DNA of 64,000 nucleotides from Podospora anserina (Eukaryota): NCBI GenBank assembly GCA_017654855.1, contig CM030336.1, positions 2,852,001 to 2,916,000 of the forward strand, read 5' to 3'. Shown piece by piece: positions 1 to 11,175 of this stretch (position 1 is its first letter; each line of letters starts with the position of its first letter). The notes under the pieces were generated by a model. It saw only the letters and a program-made list of their open reading frames with translations, ran no database searches and was not told where the DNA came from. The position numbers and the translations under genes were made by a program.

Positions 1-60
1 ATGATCATTAAAATCCTGTTAGATGGGTGCCTCGTGAGTACTCCTCAGCCCAATGATGTC

Positions 61-136
61 GTCGACCCAGTGATTCCGCCGACCCAGTGACTCCGCCGAC
101 CCAGTGTTCTCGCCAACCCAGATCTCGCCGATCCAA
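61..136. repeat. Degenerate tandem repeat of about 17 bp (ccgccgacccagtgact-like, 4-5 units)
   Basis: gacccagtgattccgcc / gacccagtgactccgcc / gacccagtgttctcgcc / aacccagatctcgcc read directly from the sequence. Confidence 0.75.
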
Positions 137-926
137 TAGTGTCGTCGGCCCCCAGCTAGGGTGTGGTCAAGGAACCGCAGACATGAACTACGGTTTGAAG
201 ATGTGTGAATAGGGTTCCCTTGAGCCTCCAGCACAATAGGTGCCTTAGGTAGCAAAGACTGTTCTTGTATGCCTCGATGAATACCCTCCATAGCATTCTT
301 ATCACTTGTCTGTCTGCTCTGTTGGGCCATTAACTGCTCTGGCCCTTCATCCCCATTCACTTCCAGCAGACTCTTCTTATCAAGCCCTGTCATCCACACC
401 CTCGGGGCCCCTGCACTTGCCATTCTGCCCACACTTTTCGTTCACCAATTTAGTGCCGCTCTGGTGTCTATAAATTATTTCCTCTCATCCTTGCTCTTGC
501 TTTCGTCCTCTTCCACCACACACCGGACCCATCCCTCCCGCTTCGAGCTTTGTGCCAGTCTGTTGCCCAACACAACACACATCAGATCTCCAAGCAAGCT
601 TCGCATTGAAGCCTCATAGTAAGTCGCACCACCTCCACCACTGTCATCATCATTGTCATCTCTGCTTAATTATTCATCTCTGCTTCCTACATCTTGTGGA
701 CGTTATCCACACATGAGGGAAGGTGACAAGGGTATTGTCACATTTCCTTCACACATCACTCATCTCTTCCAGCCCTGAGGCCTTGCTTTTCATTCACAGG
801 ACACATCTTTGGACTTCTCACCTCACAGTGAATCACTGACACTGACACTTCTCTTTCTTCCACAAGCATTTCGACTTCTCATTACATCTGCCACACTTTC
901 TCACAAACAACCACCGCTCAACCACA

Positions 927-1785
927 ATGGCTGACACCAAAATTTCTCCCGCTGCCCCTGAGGGCTTTTCTGAGCGTGAACAGCGCCTCATGATGTTTGT
1001 CCTGCTCCACAGTGACATCACCTCTTTGCAGGCACGTTTCTTTCTTTCTTTCACCACACCGTTGCTTCTCTAGCAGTGCTGACACTTCTTTCTTACAGAT
1101 TGACTACCCTGCTGTTGCCTCCCGCATGGGCCTCACCAATGTCCGCTCCGCCTCCAACGCCTGGGGCACCCTCAAGAAGAAGATTCTTGCCATCGATGCC
1201 CAGGATAAGGCCGCCAACCCTGACAAGGCTGCTGCTGCTGAGGAGAGCACCGCTTCGACCAAGGCCACTACTAAGACCCCCACCAAGGGCAAGCGTGCTG
1301 CTGCCGCCATAACCGAGGGCGATGCCGATGCCGAAATCGCCACTCCCACCAAGAAGCCCCGTGGCAGAAAGCCCAAGGCTGCCACCGCCACCCCCAAGAC
1401 TGAGGATATGGTGACGTCTGAGGATGGCGAGAAGGCCGAGGGCAGTGAGAATACTCCCATCAACCTCGTTACACGCACCGTGACCCCCGTCAAGAAGCCT
1501 CGTGGTCGCGCCGCCGCCAAGATCAAGGCCGAGGCCGCTGCCAAAGCCGTCGCTGAGGTCGGGGCTGCTAACACGAAGACTGTTGCTGCCAAGGAGGAGG
1601 AGGACTTGGAGTCCGAGGTCAAGGATGAATCCACCGTCATTGAGGCCAAAAAGGAGGAGGACGATTTCGAGGAGCTTGTTAGCCCCGAGGATGTCGCCCA
1701 CCTGGAGAAGATTGCCGCTGATGGAATCAAAGCTATCAAGCAGGAGGATCTGGAGGAGGAGGACGAGGATGATGACACCATTTAG
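927..1785 (+). CDS. Small basic nuclear protein: fungal Myb-like N-terminal helical domain, Lys/Ala/Thr-rich histone H1-like region with AT-hook-like motifs, acidic tail; 2 exons
   Basis: ATG 927 (MADTKISPAAPEGFSEREQRLMMFVLL). Exon 1 is 927-1031, GC-AG intron 1032-1098 with GCTGAC branch site, exon 2 in frame (IDYPAVASRMGLTNVRSASNAWGTLKKKI...KKPRGRKPK...EEEDEDDDTI*). Strong codon bias. Confidence 0.8.
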
Positions 1786-2525
1786 GTCCTTATTTTCGTT
1801 GACTCACGAACACATTGACCTCATCCTCACTTTACGAATTCTCTGGTAGGGCTTTGATATGGGCAGCTGCGCGGAGTTTGGGAATAGATAGGAGTCTCGG
1901 TTGCGCTTGGAATTTCTCTCCCGTCTTTGGAGCAGACCATAACATGAAGCCTGCATAGTAACGAAGCAATGGGGATATAATGAAATGCCTTTTCTTCAAC
2001 ACCTGACCGTGATTCATTGATGTGACTACTGCAGTGGTGTGCCAGATAACCTTTGTGAACGATTGTGCAAGTGCGGCAACGTGCCTCCATCTCTCTGCCA
2101 TCTTGTGGCCGCCTCGTCATCTCAAAGTTAGGTGTAACTCAGATCGCACTTTGGGTCACCTCAACCCCAGTGATTACTTCTGTCCCAGCATGACCTGGAG
2201 TTTCATGATGTGCATTCTCAAAGTCCATGGCCATTATGCTGATGCCTTCCCGACATATCACACCGGAGGCCGGCGCACTTGTGCATAAGAGCAGTGTGAG
2301 GAAGGAAGGCATGGTCCACGATAAGATGCGCTGGTTACCGCCATCAAGTCGCAGATAAAGCATCGCTCCTTCCTTTCGGCGACCACCTGCACCGATGGCG
2401 GAGAATTATTGCGACAGCCCTGCCTCACGTTTTTTATTTCCCTGCCCATCTTCAGCTTTTTTTCTCCTACCATTGAAACTGACCTACCACGCTTATCCCA
2501 ATTATCATAACCATCAATCCTCACC

Positions 2526-3273
2526 ATGTTCGCCTCTCATGTCATCGGGATGCTGCTGGCTGCGGCCTCAGTCAAGGTAGGTCGGAGAGTTACGCTGGTG
2601 TTGAGTCGAACGACTGAGTCGCTAATTCCACAAAACAGGCCATTCCTGCTTCATTTGAAGGCTTGATCACCGCCGATATCACCTGGACCGGCCGGGTCGT
2701 CGCCAATGGCTCCATGGTCAACTTCACTGGCCCCTCTCTCCAGGCCATCGAGCAGAGCATTGCTTCTGTCTATCCCGGCTTTACTTGGGCTACTGCTCCC
2801 CAGCCTAACGACGATTTTTCTCTGAGCAGCCGTAACATTGATGACACCCAAGATGTCCCCACCCCTTCGGTAAGCCTCTGTCCCCTTTCTTACATGGCTC
2901 CGGGCCACATTCTCACCAATTTCCACAGTTGCTCAAGTGTTGGGATGGAGGTGTTGGTGATGCCGATGCCTCCCACATCACTGAGGGCATCAATTACCTC
3001 CAGAGCGTCCCTGGATACTGCTCGAATGGTGCCGGCGCCGCCAACTGCGGACAGATCAGCTGCAGCTACAACAGCGCCATCATGTGGTGCAACAACAACA
3101 GGCGTACCTACACCACGCACTGCAAGAGCCTTGCCAAGTATGCCACAGCTATTGTCAGGGGGTGCCAGCATGAGACACGTGATTCGGCGCATGAGACCAT
3201 CTGGACCCGCGGCATCCAGGGAGATGAGCTTGGGATTAGCGTCATTGCCGCGAAGCCAGCGGTTGATTGCTGA
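2526..3273 (+). CDS. Small secreted cysteine-rich protein (8 Cys in the C-terminal domain); 3 exons
   Basis: Signal peptide MFASHVIGMLLAAASVK/AIP. Introns 2577-2638 and 2870-2928 join the ORFs in frame. Motif CGQISCSYNSAIMWCNNN is typical of a widespread uncharacterised ascomycete secreted family. Confidence 0.8.
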
Positions 3274-3499
3274 GCAAGAGGAGAAAGGCGGGAGGAACTG
3301 TGGTTGCGAGAGATGACTGGTTATCCGATGTCAATCGATCTGAGGTAGATGGAGGCAATCTGCATAGAAGAGACATATCGCAAGATGATGTTGTGCTACG
3401 TCTGCCTATTCGAGACATTGTCTGAGCTTTGTTGCCATCTGGTCATGGGAACCTCCATGCCCCGAGGTTACAACCCCGAGGCCTGTCATGTCACTGCTT

Positions 3500-4425
3500 G
3501 GCATGGGTAACGACAAGTACTAAACACAAAATGGGCAGCTGACGACATCACCAACCCTTCACAAGAAACAAGTCCCAAACTGAGGATCCCCCGATGGGAA
3601 CGAGCAGCCCACAGACCCATTGACATTGGTGCATCACACGTCCACAAAGTTGTCGATCGTACACGGTGACCCTGGAGGGTCACACATTGGCTTGAACGGA
3701 TAGGCGTAGTCATCAGACTCGTAATCGGGGTATCTTGTCTCTGACTCGATGTCGTGACCCCGGTCATTGCCGACATGTGGAGGCGGGGCTTTTGTCTGTA
3801 TCATGGTTAGACAGACGACGATCATGGGGTTCAAGAATGGGAGGGAGCTGCGGGAGCGAAACGTGAACAAGCCGAGTCTAGCTTTTGGGGCTTGTCCCAG
3901 CAGGACTTTTGGAAGGGACCCATGGCGGCGGGCCCTTTGCAGGTTGTTTTGGTGTGCTTGTTGCAGAAACCTTTTGCAGATTGGGCCTCGAGGGTGCGGG
4001 AGCATTTGTTGCCTTTGAGGCAGCAGGGTTTCTTGGGGGCGGCGGGACGGGCGACGGGTATTTGGGTAGGGGGGCTTTCGAGGGGGCTGTATGATGGGGG
4101 TGCGCCGTTGGAGTTGTCTAGGGAGTTCCAGACGCGGAGAGAGCCGTCGAAGTGGGTGGTTCTTTGGAGGGCGGTGGTGAGGGAGGTGGTGATGGTGATG
4201 AGGAGGGGAGCGGTAGGAGCTTCATCTCGGTGGGTGCTACGGAATGAGGAGAAACAGATCAACGAGGGATTCACGGAGACGGTGTCCGTGAAAGGGGGGT
4301 TGATGTGCTGGCTTGGTGAGTCGGGTCATGTTGAAGTGCGAGTCGCTGGGGATGGCACATTGGGCAGCCGGTTCCATCGCACCCAGAGATGTTGAACTCT
4401 GGGGCCGGTTATGGTGTTGGACCAT
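3500..4425 (-). pseudogene. Possible degraded Cys-rich protein gene
   Basis: Cys-rich protein-like segments (CCLKGNKC...FCNKHTKTTC; PMCDPPGSPCTIDNF...GCSFPSGDPQFGTC) are split over frames with stops. Confidence 0.3.
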
Positions 4426-4837
4426 GCCCCTTGTCGAACCGGTGGTGTTGTTTCTCCACTGGAAGACCAGATACCGATTCCGCGCATATGAACTATCATC
4501 TCAATTGATCAAACTTGTGTTTCTGATCCTGCATGCGACAGGTATCGTTCGGGGGGAAGCATTGAGGGGGGTTAGCGGCCAAGATATCAATTGAACCCTT
4601 GGAGCAGATGGTTTTTGTGGGTTAATGGGGTGTGGGCCGAAGGATAGTGGGGTTGGCTCAGAGAGGGAATGACGTCACAGTACATCGTCAACACGATCAT
4701 GGACGAACAACAGCAGGAAGCAGGAAGCGACCCGGGAGCTTGGGGTAGCAATTCAAGCCCCTGCCAAGCCGATCTTCCAGATCCCATCTGAACTTCAATC
4801 AATTCATCACATACACTACGCAGTGACACCCGTCAAT

Positions 4838-6346
4838 ATGGTCGGACGACGCCCACGCGCTATCAACTGGGCCGCCGAGGACCACAAGAGCTGGCCTGCC
4901 ATTCCGCGACAACGACGCCCTCCAGCCCACTGGTACCGAGACGACGATGAAGAAGCCGCCCTCCCTCCCCATGGAGAGACACCCAACACCCGACACACCG
5001 ACCGAGCGAGGATAACAAGAGACACGGGCTTCAAAGATGAAGCAGCACTGCTGGCCGCCGAGCATCGGCGCGACGACCTCAAGCGTAGGGTCCTTGATGG
5101 CATGCGGGGGTTCGACCTTGAAAAGATGGATAAAAGGTGTCGCCGGTCGGACGACGAGCTGAAGAGGATAAAGAACAAGAAGATACGAAGTTTTTACGAG
5201 GCCCAAAATGATACACTGGATGCGTGGCTGGAAGTGGATGCCCTGGTCTACGCCGTCGCCGACGACGTCATTGACAGCATGGTACGTCTCCAATTTTGAT
5301 TTAGCCTAAGCTCCAGAGCTAACACCACACCGTCGACACAGAACCCGGACGCTGACGGCGATGGAATACCCGAACGACGGATGCCCCTCCAAGACTCCCG
5401 CGGCGCCATTGATTGCTTTCTACCACCCGAACACCGCGAGAAGCGTGCCCGAGACGAGAAGCACGCCCGCTGGGCCATCAACATCAACCTCTTGGCCAAC
5501 ATCTTCATGCTGGCTGCGAAGCTGATCAGCTTGAAGTTCAGTCCGTCTCTTTCACTGGCAGCAAGTACTGCAGACTCGGCGCTCGATCTCTTCTGTACGC
5601 TTATAGTCTATGGCACCAACCGCGTCGTTGCCTGGCGTCTCCAGGCCCTGCAGGTGAAGTATCCCGTGGGACGACGTCGTCTGGAGCCAATTGGGATTCT
5701 GGTCTTCAGTGTCATCATGGTCGTCTCATTCGTTCAAATCTTGCAAGAATCTGTCACCAAGCTGCTGCCTGGCGGTGATAGAGATGTTGCTCCCCTCCCA
5801 GCTGTGGCCATCGCAGCCATGGCGGCCAATGCAATCATCAAAGGCCTGATCGGGTTTGCATGTCGACACGTCAAGACAACTCAAGTTCAGGCACTGGTTC
5901 AGGACTGCAAGACGGATGTCTACTTCAACATTGCCTCGTTGCTCTTCCCGCTCGTGGGAGTGCATGCTCATATCTGGTGGCTTGATCCCGCGGGCGCTTC
6001 GCTCTTGGCGCTGTATGTGATCGTTGACTGGGCAGAGACGTGTATGGGCAACATCAGCAGGTTGACGGGAAGCAATGTGGGCGATGCGCTGCAGAAGAAG
6101 CTGATGTATCTCGCCTTTCGGTTTTCGCCCGTCGTGGAGGGGTTCAAATCGCTCACGGCCTACCATGCAGGGGATGGAGTCTGGGTCGAGCTGGACATTT
6201 TGCTGGATGAAAACACGCCACTGCCTACGGCTCACGATATCGCCGAAACGTTGCAGTATTGCTATGAGGGGTTGCAAGAGGTCGACAGGGCGTTTGTGAC
6301 GGTGGACTACTCTACGTTTGGCCCGACCGGCCACGCAGCAATGTGA
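4838..6346 (+). CDS. Cation diffusion facilitator (CDF/cation efflux) transporter, Mn-CDF/MTP8-11-like
   Basis: FYEAQND N-terminal motif, SLAASTADSALDL, YPVGRRRLEPIGILVFSVIM, DCKTD, HDIAETLQ...EVDRAFVTVDY. Intron 5282-5341. A short upstream exon from ATG 4699 is possible. Confidence 0.92.
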
Positions 6347-7109
6347 TGAATGATCGTGGGATGGATTAGGGATACGAGTTGGAGCTTGCGGCACAGCCAG
6401 GAATTGTTATATAAACAGAGATACCCATTTTGCAGTAGGTTCACGCATGTAATAGTAGCTATTTTGGAACTTCGGAATGGTTTGACCCTTCCACATACTC
6501 GTGGTGGTGTGCTTGTATGTCCGACATCTCGCTGATATTGACACAGGAGCCAATGGGGTTGGTCTCTGCCACCTCTGATGACTGAATTGGGCTGCCACAC
6601 AGCCCTACGGTAGGGCTCAAACAAGCTTGCCGCTGTACCTTCTGCGAGCTGAAGTGCAACGGCAGAGGGTCACCATTCCTACCATCTCCAAGCAAGTCGG
6701 CCGCTTTCCAGTCAGCCACAACCTGTCCTAACACCCGATGTGGTATCCTTCGGTGATGATCATCACCACCTCTTCAGAGCTTCTCGTTTTTGCGACGCCA
6801 TCAGCGCTGCTTTTGATGTCGGTCACCAGCAATCGAGTTCCTCGCCGTGTTATCTGTGGTTAGCTCGTCGATAGCAGCTCGCCACAGCGCTTCAATATTA
6901 CGCCTCTTGTACTCGGATCCCTCGCATCTTCACCCTCCTCACACCCGGTCTTGTCTACGGCAACACAGAGCAACAGATGAGACGAGGGAAATATAAAGAT
7001 GCCTCCAACGCCAGTAGCAAGTTTTTTTTTTGGACCATTGTTAAGCTCATCATTGGCGTAAAACACCACCCTTGCAAGCTCTACAGCCTCACCATTCCAA
7101 GATCTCACC

Positions 7110-9447
7110 ATGACAACCCTCGAAAGCATTCTCAAGGACCCAGCTGTCGCTGGAGCCTACTGGACCCTTTCGAATCCCGAGGACATGTCCCCCGCCGAGT
7201 CGACTTTCACCATCGGCGGCTACAGCGAAGCTGTCTTTGAACCTGACAACCGCACCCCCGTCGACGAGACCGACTATGCCGATGGCGGAAAATACCGGTG
7301 TTTGTCCCCTTTTTCCACACTACCCCAGGAGACATCCATCACTGACATGTCCCAGCCATTGTCAAGATCGTCATGCGCTACGAAGGCCAAACCAAAGACG
7401 ACAGGCGCTGGGCCATCGGCACGGGGTATCTCATCTCTCCCAACACCTTCGTCACCGCCGGCCACTGCGTCTATGACCGCACTGGTGGAGGCCAAGGTGC
7501 TCAACCGAGCGGTTTGGGCCGTGTCGTCCAGATGAAGTGCTACATTGGTTATTGCGGTCTTGACAGTGTCACTCGTCCCAACAGCACCGTCCAGGCTCGT
7601 CGCGCTCTCGCTACTGTCACCACCGCGCAGTGGATCACCACTGGTGATAGGCGGTATGATGTCTCTTTTGTGAGGCTTGACCGCCCGTTTGAGGGGAGAG
7701 TCAGGGCGCATGATGGCGGGAGCACACTCCGGAACTTTGTTATTCAGGAGACGCCGATGAGGGAGAAGGGCGCGTTGCTGGGCGTGGTGGGGTACCCGGG
7801 GGATAAATACTTGAATAAGGAGAAGGGGGCGCAAATGTATGAGTTGTTTGAGACGGTGGACTATGATTTGGGAAAGGGGGCAGGGAATATGTTGCAGTAT
7901 CGGATTTCGACTTTTAAAGGTGAGTGGTTGACTGGTTGCTTGATCCCATGGTGACTATGGTGATGTGACACTAATGCGAGATTCGGACAGGACAATCGGG
8001 GGCTCCCGTGATTCGGAAATGGGATGCTGCTCCAGACAAGGGGCAGTTGGTTGTCATTGGCACGCATTGCTACGGAGGAGAGGCGCGCAACTCGGCCAGT
8101 GTGATTGGCGGGGAGTATGGCAACAACTACAACTTCTTCCTCGCGGCTCTTGAACAGCTCCCTCCTACTGTCAAGGATGTGACAGGTGTGAAGCGGGTAG
8201 TGGGAAATGACGACTCAGGTGAGACTGGCACCGAGACTGGTATGGATGGTCCGGTCGGTGAGGCGGAGGGCTTTCTTGATGTTCTCAAGGACATCGGCCG
8301 GGTGGTTGCTCCTGTTGTGCAAACTGCCCTCCCCTTGGTTTCACCGCTTCTTGGTCCAATGGGTGGACCGGTGAGCGCCATTGGGAGTATCGCCATGGGC
8401 GCACTCAGCAAAGCAGTTCAGGAATCTGATATGGAATCTGGTCTGCCTCCTCCGCCGAGGATCAAGCTTGCTGCTGGTGTGGCCGAACGCGCCGTGGTGG
8501 CCGAGAGTGTCTTGCAGACTGTCCTCAGGATGGAGAGATCTCCTGTCTCTCAGAGAATCGTCGACAAGATGAGATTCAAGTACACCGCTACTGGATTTAC
8601 CTCGAAGCACGCAGCCAAGTTGGGTCCTAGGATGGTGCCCCTGCTCAGCCAGGCTGGCTTGAGAATCGCTGTCACGGAAGGGCTGATCCAAAAGCCAGCT
8701 GAGTTTGGAGCCACAAAGCAGGTGCCAGTCTCGCAGACCGAAGCCGACTTGACTGGAGATACCCACACCGACAGGTTCCTCGAGAACATCGCCAAGACCG
8801 AGGCCAAGGTCTTGAAGTCAGGGGCTCAGTCCGAGGCATTCTTTGACAACTTGGGGCCATTTTTGACGAGAGCACTCAAAGTGGCTTCGCCTGTCTTGCT
8901 GACGTCTGCGAGGGCTGGCTTGCAAAAGATAGATCAGATTCTGGCCAAGAAAGAGAAGCAAGTTGGCGGTGGCACTGAGGCTCTGCTGGAGGACCCAACC
9001 AATGAGAAGGTCATCACTGATGAGAAGGCCGCTGCATTGCTCGCCCACAGGGCTGTCGTTGCGGAGTGTGCCTTGCAGGCTGTTCTGGAGGCGGAGCCAA
9101 AAGAGCTGAGGGAGAGTGTGATCCTGGGAGAAAGCGCGGGTTCAGCAGAGCAGGAGAGCTTCTTTGGCGGTTTGCTCAAGACTGTCCAGCGCATTGCGCC
9201 GGCCGTGTTGAAGGCTGCCCCGGCAGTTCTCAACACAGCTGTTCCGATCCTTCTTGGTGCTATCAGCGGTCCTGCTGGAGCACCCGCCGTTGCTGCGGTC
9301 TCTTTTAGTGTGTCATCTGTTGAGGACACTGCTGACACTCTGAACGGTGAACATGCTGCTGTTGGTGTCAACGGCTGGAGCAAGAAGAAAGCTGGTATCA
9401 ACGGGGGATCCTTCAAGGTAAGCAATGTTTCATTTGCTTTGGTTTGA
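7110..9447 (+). CDS. Trypsin-fold V8-like (glutamyl endopeptidase-type, S1B) serine protease fused to a long C-terminal helical region with three E-x-F[FL] amphipathic repeats; no signal peptide
   Basis: Introns 7300-7355 and 7920-7990 give the catalytic TAGHC, RYDVSFVRL and STFKG/QSGAPV motifs, plus VIGTHCYGG. The 3' end is uncertain because a GTAAGC donor at 9418 may add an exon out to about 9740-9828. Confidence 0.85.
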
Positions 9448-10500
9448 CAGTGCCAAAAGGGAACATACCAACAGTGGAGGTGTAGACTGTTCAATTTTCG
9501 TTATCAGCTGTTGCCCCGGGCTCAAGTTTGGACCAGTTGCCCGCGAACATGGCACGGGCTAGTGGTTCAAGCGCGTTTAGCAATCCAGAGCATGAGGGGC
9601 TTGAAGAGGAAGAAACTCAGCCGATCGGTGACTGTGGTGATGACGGGGTATCAAGCTGCGGAGAGGGTGATGACCAAAATCAAGATGGGGTTGACTGGCT
9701 TGACGATGATGAGCTTTGTGGCTCTTTCAACAGAAGCTGACCTATTTTGTTTGCCTAGGTGCCTGTTACTAGCTTGGCTTGAGCTCTGTTACAGAATAAG
9801 TGCCACCTGCCAGGGTGGAAGGGGATAATATGGTTTGGAAGGCGGCTTGGTGTCATATATGTTTCTGGTTATGATTGGATTATGGAGTGGATTGGTTGGG
9901 GCTGGACACTGAGAGCACATGACTGAACTGATTTATGAGTAACAATATTACACCTTGTTATTGACCTGCGGATGACGTTTGGTTTGTTGCTTTTGTCACT
10001 GCAAACTGTGTCAGCATAATAGCATTCAGTCACCCTGCTGCTGCGAAAATGCAAAGATGTGTGAGTCTAATTATCAACCGCACAAAAGATTGAGGTTTCC
10101 AAGAAGATCTATTGTCTGTGTATAAAGTCAGGGGCGTTGTTGTCTAGGATGTTCCATTGATCTCTCCAACTCATTGCGTCTATTTCTCTGTTTATCCGGT
10201 CTGGCTATTAGTCGATTATTGTTTAAAGAACAAAGGATACACCTCACTGTTCGACGTCGAGAGTATCTAACTACTAACATAAAGGATTGCTACATGAACT
10301 CTATCGTCATTGAGGAAGGCAAATTACCAGCTGTCCACCTCCTTCAAAGAGTTTTGGGTTCCTAAAGTTGTGGAATCAGCTTGTCAATACTTGAAGATCC
10401 TGAACGTTGTATTGATGAATACTCTTGAAGAATATATCCTCCCATATAAATGAATTACAAAGGCAAATAATGGGACAAGTAGCTTACAGTAGTCTACCTC

Positions 10501-10585
10501 TTTACTGCTATTCACTGCTCTTCACTGCCCTTCACTGCCCTTCACTGCCCTTCACTGCCCTTCACTGCCCTTCACTGCTCTTCAC
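10501..10585. repeat. 10-bp minisatellite (TTCACTGCCC)n, about 8 units
   Basis: Five perfect TTCACTGCCC units flanked by variant units (tttactgcta, ttcactgctc). Confidence 0.95.
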
Positions 10586-11175
10586 CTTCAACTGTCATCG
10601 GCCTTTTGTAGAGCAGCTCAACTTCACCTCATCGATCATTCACTAGCCTGGAGCACACTGTGGTCCTTATACCAGCTAATCGCCGGCAGAAGATATATCA
10701 GCTGCACCTGCTTTTGTCAACACTCCTCGCTCTTGGCCTTCAGACTATATGAAACCATCGTCATATGTCAAGATTGGGACCGCGGAATTCACTTATACTA
10801 TCAGCGAACCACTCGGCGCACGGTCTGTTTGCCATGGAAGCCAATGATAGGGGGGTGCGTGCACTGCCTTGAGCCGCATCCCCTGACCATATCTTACTCT
10901 TCACGTCGTTTCCATTCTCATTTTCGGATCTTCTCGGCTAAGACTTGCGGGAGTACTATGGGTTCTTCGCATTGCTACAGGAAGTGTGGGTCGACTTCGA
11001 GATGCCGTAATATATATATTCGTTTTCTTTTCTTCTTCCTCACCACCTCGATTTATTGACCGGGTCTACTTAGCCTCACACTTTGCTTCACCTTAGACTC
11101 CATACCCTCTCCCTGATCCTAGACCGTCTCGGTACTCGATCCCATCAGTTGCTCTCGACGACTAAACGTCCAGAT

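Noticed and set aside
1093-1781. Long antisense ORFs here and opposite the xylanase (14564-15325), aminopeptidase (17073-18188), NRPS-like and P450 genes
   Set aside because: Shadow ORFs expected from strong C/G third-position codon bias; no recognisable motifs
10501-10585. Repeat array as CRISPR or telomeric repeat
   Set aside because: No spacers, the context is eukaryotic, and the unit is not TTAGGG-like
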